A stretch of DNA of 64,000 nt from Mobula hypostoma (taxonomy: Eukaryota): assembly GCF_963921235.1 (NCBI RefSeq), contig NC_086108.1, positions 15,004,001 to 15,068,000 on the forward strand, given 5' to 3'. The first letter of the stretch is position 1. The number at the start of each line of letters is the position of its first letter. The translations under genes and the position numbers were made by a program. Positions 12,641 to 23,835 of this stretch are shown piece by piece. The notes under the pieces were generated by a model. It searched no databases and was not told the origin of the DNA. It saw nothing but the letters and a program-made list of their open reading frames with translations.

Positions 12641-13788
12641 CTCTTCTCTCAGCCATGTTTCTGTTAAGGCCACAACATCCCAGTCTCTGGAGACCCTTAG
12701 CTCATCTGCCTTACTTGTTAAGTTATGTGTATACATATAAATAGATGTAATTTAAAGCTGAGGTCCTACCTGCCCTTTTATTGTAAACATGGCTATCTTG
12801 ACTGCTAGGCTTACATGCTCTGATTGTTCCATGTACTTGTCTTCTTGCTGATTTCACTCTACCGGGACCCATGCTCCTGCCGATCATTTAAATCCTGACT
12901 GGTGGTAAAAGCAAATTTCCCCACTAGGATATTAGCCCCCTCTGGTTCAAGTGAAACACTTCCTTCTTGTAAAGGTCACCTCTACCCCAGAAGAGATTCC
13001 AATGATCCCAGAACCTGAATCCCTGTGCCATGCAACAGCTCCTCAGCCACGCACTCACCTTACTATTACTGAACTCTGCAGTACATGGCACCAGGAGTAA
13101 TCTGGAGGTCACTGCTCTTGAGGTCCTCCATTTCTCATCAGTCATCCATGATATTGGCTCAGCTTGATTTTCACATATTCTGTCCATCTCCAAAATACAA
13201 AAGCCTACATACAAATGGATTCCTGTTATTAAACTCAAAGTTCAGTTAAGGTACAGTACATATTTTCATTGCTATGAACATCAGAACTAGTTTCTTCTCT
13301 CACTTCAGCTTTAGCAATGCTCTTTCATGCACTTTTGATGACATTAAAATATGGTCACCATACCATAGCCCTCTGTAACCCTTGACCTAACAATCTATCT
13401 CATCATGGCCCTTTCTCTGCAGCTGTAACACTATATTCTGATTCTGCTATTGTTTTTTCTCCCTTTGTACTTCCTCAATATACTAATGCTTTGGAATTAT
13501 CTCTATGGATGACAGACAAAACTACGTTTTTCCTCTGTATTTTGGTACACAATATGATTCGAAACCAATTCCAGCAGCAAGTGCATTCTCAGACTTGGGG
13601 ACAAAATCACCTTGTGGACATTAGTAAAAATGGAGACATTCTGGGAGAAAATGATATGTCCATTCTGGCACATCCTCCCACTCTGTATTTCACAGCTTCC
13701 ACATTCTTGCGCCGACTTTCTCACCCTCTGACTGTTCCCGTTCACTCACAGATCACAGAACCTGGTTACACTGGTCAGATCCTTATAC

Positions 13789-14100
13789 CTGTCCTTCCTG
13801 CTCTACTCCAACTTCAACAGCGACTCTGTTTCTCTCCTCATAGAAGCCGCACGACCTGCACCATTTCCAGCACTTGCTTCTAATTTCAATCTCACACCCT
13901 CCGCTGACACCGCTCTCTGGGGAGAGATTGTTCTCCCCGAGAAGGGGATCATTCTGCTGAGTTTCCCAGTGGTGGCGGGAGGAACAGGAGCGCGGGAACA
14001 GTTTTCTACGGCTCCTGTGTGTCGGGGGAAGGTGCTGGGCGAGCACCTGTTTCCGGTTTTCCGGGCTGCCGGTAGGTTGTGTGGTGGGGCTGGCCGGTAA
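13789..14100. promoter_or_regulatory. CpG-rich promoter-like region with candidate first exons on both strands
   Basis: Non-repeat, CpG-rich sequence. E2F-like GGCGGGA and GCGCGGGAA, two TTCCGG ETS cores. Plus-strand donors CCG|GTAGGT (14072) and CCG|GTAAGG (14097); minus-strand donor CAG|GTATAA (after 13789). Confidence 0.5.
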
Positions 14101-14104
14101 GGAG

Positions 14105-14580
14105 GGGCGGTCACGGTTAGCGGACAGGGAGGGAAGATGAGGGGTGGGCACGGTTACCGGGGAGGGAAGATGAGGGGTGGGCACGGTTAGCGGACAGGGA
14201 GGGTGAGGAGGGGTGGGTACAGTTAGCAGGGAGGGAAGATGAGAGGCGGGTACGGTTACCGGAGAGGGATGGAGGGTGAGGAGGGGCGGGCACGGTTACC
14301 ATGGAGGGTAAGGAGGGGCGGACATGGTTACCGGGGAGGGAAGATGAGGGGCGGCACGGTTACCTGGGGAGGAGAATGAGGAGGGGCAGGCTTGGTCACC
14401 GGAGAGGTGACTACGGTTACCGGGGAGGGAGGGTGAGGAGGGTTGAGCACGGTTACCGGGGAGGGAGGGTGAGGAGGGTTGAGCACGGTTACCGGGGAGG
14501 GAGTAGGAGGAGAGGTGAGCACGGTTACCAGGGAGGGAGGGTGAGGAGGGGTGGGCACGCTTACTGGGAAGGGAAGGTAA
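14105..14580. repeat. G-rich minisatellite (unit about 30-35 bp)
   Basis: Repeated gcacggttaccggggagggagggtgaggaggggtgg and variants, more than 12 copies. Confidence 0.9.
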
Positions 14581-15048
14581 AGAGGGCGAGGAAGGAGCGG
14601 AGAGGCAGACATGAGGCCATGACAAGGAGGAGCTCCGGGATGTGGGGTAGCCACCTGCTGCAGGTGCTGACAACAGGTTTTATCCCACTATCATCCTGCC
14701 TGTGTGACTGGACCCTCCCTTGTACCTCTTGAAACTTCTGCCTCAGCTCAGGCCTGCTCAGTGGCTCAAAAAATTTTCCTCCACGGATGTCTTCTGACCC
14801 ACTGAGTTCCTCCGGCCTTTTTACAAGTTGCTCCAGATTCTGGCATTGCAGAATCTCTTGTGTTGCCACGACTTGAAGAATTTGATGGGGAGAGGCTAAG
14901 CATGTTGGGACTTTGTTTCTTGCAGCATAGGGAACTGATGGATGATGTGATGGAGGTGTGTAAAATCACGAGGGGCATATGGTGAATGAACTCAAGTCTT
15001 TCTTTCAGGGTTAGGAAATCAAGAAAGAGTGGACATAGATTTAAAGTT

Positions 15049-15128
15049 TAGGGTTCACAACCTTTTTTTATGCCATGGAGCAATACCATTAAGTAAGGGG
15101 TCCAAGGACCCCAGGTTGGGAAGCCCTG
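15049..15128. mobile_element. About 80-bp MITE with hAT-like termini, inserted in a decayed CR1 3' end
   Basis: Terminal inverted repeats (TIRs) tagggttcacaacc / ggttgggaagccctg; second copy at 27034-27113. Confidence 0.65.
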
Positions 15129-15989
15129 GATTAAGGTGATAGGAAGTTGGGGGCAACTTCTGTATGCAGAGGGCAATGGGTATATGGAACAAGCAGCCAG
15201 AGGAAGTAGTGTAGGGAGGTACAATTACAACATTTAAATATGGATAAGCATTTAAGAAAGGGATATGAGCTAACTTAGATGAGTATCATGAATGAGTTGG
15301 GCCAAAAAGCCTATGTATGTGCTGTATTACTCTGACTCCACATATTATCTCTGGAACACAGGAACAGGTCCTTCAGCCCCCTACATCTGCACCAACCATG
15401 ATGCCAAATGATATAATGCCATCAGAATGCATGTGGTCCATATCTCTCCAATCTCTGTTTAGGTGTCTGTCTAAATGCATCTTAAACATCACTGTCATAC
15501 GTGGATTGGGACAGTAAGAGCAATGAGTAGAGAGCAAACATTGCTAAAAAGCATTTAGAAGATTTTTAATCATTGTGCAGGAAGACAAATGTCTCTCCCA
15601 GGGTGCAGTGATGAGTTTGCTTGGAATTGTAATATTAAAGTTGAAGTTGTAGTTAATAAACTATAGTCTGATGTAAGTGTTTAACTATACAGGTGCTCCA
15701 GAGATTAATGTAGGCCCAGGGATACATCATCCGCTGTATACCTGTTTCAGTGGTATGCTAATTGCATTGGGCCGAAGTCTGAATGCTCAGTGAGGAGGAG
15801 ACATTGTTAACAATCCCTAATAGCTGAGGAGTAGTCAAAATGGCTGGGAGGTGGATAGATATCTCTGGGACAAGGGCCACAAGTAATGGCTTTGTGGATG
15901 CTCCACGGACATGAGACAGCTTGGGGATCACTGACGACCACATAATTATTCCCCTTTGCAGTGGTCGGTGAGCCAAGATTCACTGATCT

Positions 15990-16633
15990 GGATGAATTTA
16001 GAACCAGAAATAGTTAAATAGTAATATGTAAATTATGCCAGTAAATTATGAAATAAGTCCAGGACCAGCCTATTGGCTCAAGGTGTCTGACCCTCCAAGG
16101 GAGGAGTTGTAAAGTTTGATGGCCACAAGCAGGAATGACTTCCTATGACGCTCAGTGCTGCATCTCAGTGGAATGAGTCTCTGGCTGAATGTACTCCTTT
16201 GCCCACCCAGTACATTATGTAGTGGATGGGAGACATTGACCAGGATGGCATGCAACTTGGACAGCATCTTCTTTTCAGACACCACCGTGAGAGAGTCCAG
16301 TTCCATCCCCACAACATCACTGGCCTTACGAATGAGTTTGTTGATTCTGATGGTGTCTGCTACCTTCAGCCTGCTGCCCCAGCACACAACAGCAAACATG
16401 ATAGCACTGGCCACCACAGACTCGTAGAACATCCTCAGCATCATCCAGCAGATGTTAAAGGACCTCATTCTCCTCAGGAAATAGAGACAGCTCTGACCCT
16501 TCTTGTAGACAGCCTCAGTGTTCTTTGACCAGTCCAGTTTATTGTCAATTCGTATCCCCAGGTATTTGTAATCCTCCACCATGTCCACACTGACCCCCTG
16601 GATGGAAACGGGTCACCGGTACCTTAGCTCTCC
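15990..16633 (-). mobile_element. Rex1/Babar LINE, RT C-terminus and 3' UTR (5'-truncated)
   Basis: YKYLGIRIDNKLDWSKNTEAVYKKGQSCLYFLRRMRSFN...VASAIMFAVVCWG; nearly identical to 41100-41720. Confidence 0.88.
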
Positions 16634-16689
16634 TCAGGTCTACCACCAGCTCAGTGTGAAAGAAAATAAATTTTTAAAAAAGTAGTGAG

Positions 16690-17150
16690 GTGTTCATGGG
16701 TTCAATGTTCATTTAGAAATTGGATGGCAGAGGGGTAGAAGCTGTTCCTGAATTGCTGAGTGTGTGCCTTCAGGCTTCTGTATCTCCTTCCCAATAGTTA
16801 CAATGTGAAGAGGGCACGTCCTGGATGATGGACATCACCTTCCTAAGGCACCGCTTCTTGGATACTACGGAGGCTAGTACCCATGATGGAGCTAACTAAG
16901 TTTACAGCATTTTGCAACTTACTTTGATCCTGTGCAGTAACCCCCTATCCCACCCATACCAGACAGTAACGCAGCCAGTCAGAATGCTCTCCATGGTACA
17001 TTTGTAGAAGTTTTTGAGTGTTTTAGTTGACAAACCAAATCTCCTCAAATTCCTAATGAAATATAGCCGCTGTCTTGCCTTCTTTATAGCTGTATTAATA
17101 TGTTGCGACCAGATTAGATCCTCAGAGATTTTGACACCCAGGAACTTGGA
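16690..17150 (-). mobile_element. Rex1/Babar-like LINE 3' fragment (another subfamily)
   Basis: The minus strand reads as an RT C-terminus (QRLYFIRNLRRFG, LTGCVTVWYG-like). Confidence 0.7.
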
Positions 17151-17539
17151 TCTGGGCCATACCCTCCAAATATCCGGACTGCCTCTCGGTTTTTTGCACT
17201 ACCTTACTTTCCCTTTTCTATTTATGATTTATAATTAAAATTTTTACTATTTACTATCGATTTGTACTCCAGGGAGCACAAAGCGCAGAATCAAATATCG
17301 CTGTGATGATTGTACACTCTAGTATCAATTGTTTGGTGACAATAAAGTAAAGTATTTACATTGTGTGACTGGAATAACCTTTATTTTACAGACGCTGCTC
17401 AATGCTCCTGGGATAATGGATTGCTGACAATTTAAGACTCCAGATGAGGGGCAATACTGCAAAGAGTGGCCCGTGGTAAGTCCAGAATAAAATCAGAAAA
17501 TGCTGGAAACACTCAGCAGGTCAGGTAGTATCTGTGCAA

Positions 17540-18995
17540 GAGAGGTAGATAAGTCACCTGGACCAGATGGTGTACACTCCAGTGTTCTGAAAGAGGTGGC
17601 TGAAGAGATCATGAAGGCATTAGTAATGAATTTACAAGAATTAATAGATTCTAGAACGGTTCCAGAAGACTGGAAAATTGCAAATATCACTCCAGTCTTC
17701 AAGAAGGGAGAGAGACATAAGAAAGGAAACTATAGGCCAGTTTATCTGACCCCAGTTGTTGGGAATATGTTGGAGGGACATGATAAAGTAAGCCTTAGCA
17801 CAGTTGCCTCAAGGAAAATCTTGCTTGACAAACCTGTTTGAATCCTTTGGAGAAATAACAAGCAGGATAGACGATGGGGAATCAGTTGATGTTGTGCACT
17901 TGGATTTTCAGAAGGCCTTGGATAAAGTGCCACACATGAGGCTGCTGAACAAGCTACGAGCCTGTGGTATTACAGGAAAGATTCTAGCATGGATAAAGCA
18001 ATGGCTGATTGGCAGGAGGCAAAGAGTGGGAATAAAGGGAGCCTCTTCTGGCTGGCTACTGGTGACTAGTAGAGTTCACAGGGGTCTGTGTTGGGAATGA
18101 TTCTTTTTGCGTTATATGTCAATGTTTTGGATGATGGAATTGATGGCTTTGTTGCAAAGTTTGCAGATGATATGAAACTAGGTGGAGGGGCAGGTAGTTT
18201 TGAGGAAGATGGCTACAGAAGGATGTAGTTTATGAGAATAGGCAAATAAATGGCTGATGGAATACAGTGGTGGAAAGTGTATGGTCATGCACTTTGGTAG
18301 AAGAAATAAAGGGTTGACTATTTTCTAAATGAAGAGGTTAATTTGCAGGTTGAGTCTGTGGTGAGGAAGGCAAATGCAATGTTAGCACTAATTTCAAGAG
18401 GACTAGAATATAAAAACAAGAATGTAATGTTGGGACTTTATAAAACACTAGTATTGTGAGCAGATTTGGGCCCCTTATCTTAAAATGGATGTGCTGAAAC
18501 TGGAGAGGGTTCAAAGGCAGTTCATGAAAATGATTCCTGGATTGAATGGCTTGTCATATGAAAAGCGTTTGATGGCTCTGGCCCATTACTCGCTAGAATT
18601 CAGAGGAATGAGGGGTGACCTCATTGAAACCTACAGAATTGTGAAAGGCCTTAACAGAGTGAATGTGGAGAGGATATTTCCTCTGAAGGGAGAGTCTGCG
18701 ACAAGAGGATACTGTCTCAGAATAGACAAACGTCCTTTTAGAACAGATGAGGAATTTCTTTAGCCAGAGAGTGATGAATATGTGGAATTCTTTACTACAG
18801 GCAGCTGTAGAGGCCATGTCTTTATGTATATTTAAGGCAAAGGTTGATAGATTCTTGATTGGTCAGGATTATAAGTGATATGGGGAGAAGGCAGGAAATT
18901 GGAACTGAGAGGAAAATTGGATTAGCCATAATAAAATGGCGGAGCAGACTCGATGGGCTAAATGGCCTGATTCTGCTCCTATGTCTTATGGTCTA
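17540..18995 (+). mobile_element. CR1 LINE, 5'-truncated RT and 3' UTR
   Basis: DKSPGPDGVHSSVLKEVA, NYRPV and LDFQKALDKVPH; tail ctcctatgtcttatggtc. Confidence 0.9.
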
Positions 18996-19339
18996 AATGC
19001 GTAGTAGCTTTTGATGAGAACTGGGAAAGTTCTAAATCAAGTATATTTTAATTGTAGAGAAGGGTGGTGAGAACAGAAAATACTTATCATGAGGTTGAAA
19101 CCAAGAAATAAGAGCTTTGGACTGGAAGCATGATTTTTCATTTTATGCCTGTTAAAATTTGCTTTGAAGCCAATATATCAAATTCTTGCAATCAATAGTG
19201 ATGAGTTGAGATGGTATGGCTTTAGTTTGTTAGCTTTTGGATTAATATCTCCCTCCAATACTAATATAGATCGTAACTTCTAATAACTTTTAATCATTGA
19301 AACCTGAATAACTATCTTCCATTGTAACAGTAACATATA

Positions 19340-20829
19340 CAGTGGATTCCAGTTAATTGCAACACATTGGGACTGGTACATTTTGGCCCAATTAAGTGGC
19401 TGCTCCAATTAGCTAAAGTTTCATGGAAGTGTGTATGGCCTCTGTCGGTTGTGGTCGACGATGAGTCCTGCGCCTCTGGTAGTCACTGGTTTGTCGAGCT
19501 GTGTTAACTGTGGCTATTGAGGAAGCTGGAGTAGCTTCTCCAGGGCAGAGTCGATACGGAGATCCGTCTGTTGCCCATGCAGTGGGACCCCCCCCCCCCC
19601 ATGCTGATGACAGGTCCAACGGAACGACGAAAGTCGATACAGTTTGGTGCCAGCAGCATGGCAGGAGTTGCTGTGCCGCTGCTGGGTACAGCAGTCAACC
19701 ACCTTCGGGACTCCGACTCCGGATTTTTCCTTGTGGTTTACTCCCAAAGCCTTTCCCGTGAGCGGGTATAGCCGCAAGGCAGCAGAGGTTTGAATCCGAG
19801 TTTTCTCTCTCCTGGATGAACTACCATCCATGGTTAATGAGCCCCATCTGCCCAGAGCAACTGGTTTTAAGGTGCCATTGGCCCACCTTTGCCCCTTCTG
19901 TCAGTGAGAACAGCTCCGCCGGGCCTAAGAACTATGCCACACGTGAAGGCCAGGAGTTGGACTTGGTGGTCAGAGGCTGTTTGAGAAGTACGCCATGAAG
20001 AGCATTTTTTTTTTAGCAGTGGGAGCTCGTCCCCACTACCACCCTTTGGCTATGACTACCTTTGGAGCCAGAAGTAGTTAAAAAGGTATAAAAAAGGCAA
20101 ACTACCATTTGATTAGCAAATTATGTATTTAAATGAAATACAGAACAAATTAGAACACTACCAATACAGTACTATAAAACTATGTTAGTTCCTAATACTT
20201 ATTGACGAAGGAATTCGTCCACGTCCTTTTGACTGCAACTGAACAAAATCAGTGCAGCCACCGAGTGCAGATAAAGCACTGCCTTCATACAATGCTGTCA
20301 ACGATTGCAACCTCCAAATCTTCATTTTCATTGTAACACTTAAGATGTTACCTTCAAAGTAGAAACTATGAAGAATTTAATACCTTCAAATTCTTCAATA
20401 GTTTCTAACTTATTGAAGTAGTGAAATCATTTCATTTTCACTGTTGGCCATTTCTTGCAACTCCAAGCCTGAATGTTTGAAACCACAGTGAGTAAAACAG
20501 TTCTGAATTGTCTTGCTGCTTATTTCTCACCAACTAAAAGTGACAAAATCACTGCTTTTTGAACACGAACACATGCAACTGATGCTATTTAAAATTTGTT
20601 TGCACCAATCTGTTCGTGTTATGTCCTAACAGCCGCGCAAGTGCATGCGACTAACGCTAGTTAGGAACTGTTTAGCAACAGTATCGTGTCCCAGTTAAAC
20701 AGTATAGTGTCCCAAATAAAGAAAGGGAATCCCTGCTATTTTCTCAGTTTAGTTTTTTGTTCTTTAAGAGTTGTCACAAATAAGCGGCTGCCATGATTCA
20801 CTGATGGCCCAATTAACCATAATGCACTG
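19340..20829. mobile_element. Non-autonomous Tc1/mariner (pogo/Tigger-like) DNA transposon with TA duplication
   Basis: TA|cagtggattccagttaattg at the left end and caattaaccataatgcactg|TA at the right end form imperfect TIRs; interrupted by 19431-20070. Confidence 0.7.
19431..20070 (-). mobile_element. Short RTE-related non-autonomous retroelement nested in the DNA transposon
   Basis: GC-rich island inside the AT-rich host. The 3' tail resembles the tail of the SINE at 22233, and the 5' part is shared with 12300-12640. gaagt is repeated at both junctions. Confidence 0.55.
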
Positions 20830-21139
20830 TATTTCCTGATTAACGTATCCCCTCATCATAACATCAAGAACTTCATTATTTCTCTCTTATCACGTAACCA
20901 ACTAAAATTTCCCCCATCATCAGACTCCATAAACTATCATCTCCCAGACTATATTCTGGGATCACTGTATGCTCATAATGTTCTCAAGGACTAATATCTT
21001 CCCTTCATAATCGCAGACTTAAAGCCTCAATTGAAACCACAATATTTCTCTGTTGTGATCTCAAAATCTAATAATAATTTTTAAAATTCTCCATCAAGAA
21101 GCAATATTTCTTTCCCCACAGTCATTGTACATTAAATAG

Positions 21140-21635
21140 AATTAGAATTTATTTAAATCTTACATCCATCCCACAACATGAGAGAGTAAAAATCTTTGTG
21201 TTATAACTTTGTTGCAGTGTACAGACATGTGAATTTATAAGTCTAATGGCTTGTAGAAAGAAGCTGTCTTCTAGCCTGTTGGTCCCGGCTTTAATGCCGC
21301 AGTCATTTGCCACACAGAAGCAGCTGAAACAGTTTATGGTTGGGGTGACTGGTGTCCCTGATGATCTTCCAGGCTTCCTTTCTGCACCTGCTGCTGTAAG
21401 TGTTCTCGATGGAGCGAAGTTCACATCAACAGATGTGCTGGGCTGTCTGTACCACACTCTGCAGTGCCCAGCGATGAAGGTTGGTGCTGTTCCCATACGA
21501 GGTGGTGATACAGCCAGTCAGGATGCTCTCAATGGTGCCCCTGTAGAAGGTCTTGAGGATTTGGGGGCCCATGCCAAACTTCTTCAGTTGCCTGAGGTGA
21601 AAGAGATGCTATTGTGTTTTTTTTGCCACAAAGCC
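21140..21635 (-). mobile_element. Rex1/Babar-like LINE 3' end
   Basis: TNRLEDSFFLQAIRLINS C-terminal motif; tail ending aataaattcta on the minus strand. Confidence 0.7.
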
Positions 21636-22232
21636 ACAATGTCTCAACATAGTTACTCCTTATCAAAATTGGGGAAATAAATAATAAATTAGAATAAAGC
21701 AAACCTTGATGAACATAAGAACTCGGAACAGGAATTGGCCGCCTGGCTCATCGAGCCTGCTCCGCCATTTAATAAGATCATGGCTGGTCTGGCCATAAAT
21801 TCAGTTTTACCTACCTTTTCTCCATAACCCTTAATTCCTTTGCTATGCAAAAGTTTATCTAACTGTTTCTTAAATGTATTTAATGAGTTAGCCTCTGCTG
21901 CTTCACTGTGCAGAGAATTTCATAGATTCACTACCCTGGGGGAAAAAGTGGATTCTCCTCATCTCTGTTCTAAATCTAATCTGCCTGCCCGCCCCCCCCA
22001 CCAAATATTGAGGTTTCACTGCACTCATTATATCGTCAAAGAACTCAATAGAATCATAGAATGCTACGGAACAGAAACAGGCCTTTCAGCCCATCTAGTC
22101 CATACTGAGCTATTAATCTGTCTAGTACACCTGGACCATAGCCCTCCATACCCTCCCAGTAAGCTTGTCATCAGGGTTTGCTCTTCATGCTGTGTTTGGG
22201 ACCATTTCTATTCAGATGTCTTGCTTTATATA

Positions 22233-22533
22233 GGCATCTGTTAGTCTCGTGAGACCATGGATTTGCCCCTTGGAAGATTTCCAGGGCACAGGCCTGAGCA
22301 GGGGTGTATGGAAGACTGGCAGTTTCCCATGCTGCAAGTCTCCCCTCTACACGCCACCGATGTTGTCCAAGGGAAGGGCACTAGGGCCGATACAGCTTGG
22401 CACCAGTGTCATCGCACAGCAGTGTGTGGTTAAGTGGCTTGCTCAAGGACACAACCCACTGCCTCAGCTGAGGCTCGAACTAGTGACCTTCAGATCACTA
22501 GACCGATGCCTTAACCACTTGGTCACGCGCCAA
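22233..22533 (-). mobile_element. tRNA-derived SINE with CORE-like segment and RTE-type tail
   Basis: Minus strand: box A TGACCAAGTGG, box B GTTCGAGCC, then gtgtccttgagcaagccacttaacc, and tail ccatggtctcacgagactaacagatgcc. Confidence 0.7.
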
Positions 22534-23550
22534 CATGATACCTTGCTATGTAGAAAGTAATATCAAGGTTCAATGTACCATAGTTCTTCTTACTGAGAAC
22601 AAGTTGGCACTCGTGTTGTAATGTAGCTAAAAGCAAGTTGATGCCCCCTGAATTCTCATAGCAAATGTATGGTCTTTATCACAGATGCAGAATAGACAAT
22701 TCATGTTATTATTTTTACTTGGTGTGGATTTTGCTGCCCAGGCAGGCGTTTATTGCCCACTTCTATCAAGCCTTCTCTTGGACTGCTGCTGGATTTCAGC
22801 TTTCTTTTCAATGAAGAATGATTTGTGGAGGCCACTCTGGGGATTTAGACCCAACAGTAATGGTAGAAATATTTACTTCCAGGTCAGATGGTGTGCGACT
22901 TGGAGGAGCACCTGTAATAGTGTTTCCAGGCCTCTGCTGCCTTTGTTCCTTGTGATGGTAGAGACTGGGTGTTTGGGAGGTGCTATTGGAGTAGCCTAGG
23001 CAAGTTTCTACAGAACATTTTGTACACCATGCACATTGCAGTTATGATGTAAGAGTGAAGGTCTCTGGACGTCAATAACGAAGAATCCAAGGAAATGTGA
23101 GTAGGAGTTGGACACTAGGCTTCTAAATCCATCTAGAATGATTGCAGTTGATCAACCATAGCCCTCCTCTCCTCGTCTATGTGTCTCAATTGCTTGATCA
23201 CCAGTAGGTGCTGGCATGCAGCCTTGTCTGACGTCTAGTCATTATTTTAATTACGAAGTATATATTATTCATTAAAAAATTCAATACAGAAGTTCAACAT
23301 TTTCATGAATGATGTTGTATTAATAAGTTAGCTGTCATCCATTTATTAAGTTCAATAATTTTATGGGTTTTAACATATTTTTAACTATAGGACCTGAGCT
23401 GCTGCTATTCCCCATAAGACCTCTACAAGTTTTCTTTCAAAAACAATAACTTTATTAATTTATTTACAAGGCTCATTGCAATGTTAGGTTAAAGTGCAAC
23501 TGCGGTGGGCAGCTTGCTTGAAAGGTTGTGGCAATGTCCATTTCTTTGGA

Positions 23551-23835
23551 GCAACACACATCAAAGTTGCTGGTGAACGCAGCAGGCCAGGCAGCATCTC
23601 TAGGAAGAGGTACAGTCGATATTTCAGGCAAAGACCCTTCGTCAGGACTAACTGAAGGAAGAGTAGGTAAGAGATTCAAATCTTACCTACTCTTCCTTCA
23701 GTTAGTCCTGACAAAGGGTCTCGGCCTGAAACGTCGACTGTACCTCTTCCTAGAGATGCTGCCTGGCCTGCTGCGTTCACCAGCAACTTTGATGTGTTGC
23801 TTGAATTTCCAGCATCTGCAGAATTCCTGTTGTTT
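23551..23835. mobile_element. Fold-back mini-element made of two inverted PLE terminal repeats
   Basis: 23551-23676 pairs with about 23680-23800, followed by an unpaired tail of about 35 nt. TSD ccatttctttgga at 23538-23550 and 23836-23848. Confidence 0.92.

Larger units (their letters stand above)
10190..13135 (-). mobile_element. Old CR1 LINE (ORF1 end to RT), fragmented and carrying nested insertions
   Basis: Minus fragments FWDHWNLFWGRGDLYKKEVFHLN, LDLLLGNEAGQV...FGSSDHNSI and KRFFSYINNKR. Confidence 0.8.

Noticed and set aside
13783..14732. Pro-rich and Gly/Arg-rich ORFs
   Set aside because: Products of the G-rich minisatellite and GC-rich promoter sequence.
22460..22533. Functional tRNA gene
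   Set aside because: Boxes A and B are present, but there is no convincing acceptor stem and the sequence continues into a SINE body and tail.
23551..23835. miRNA precursor, DNA-transposon MITE or retrozyme
   Set aside because: The arms are PLE terminal repeats, the ends are asymmetric, and centres vary between copies. Retrozymes have direct rather than inverted ribozyme repeats.
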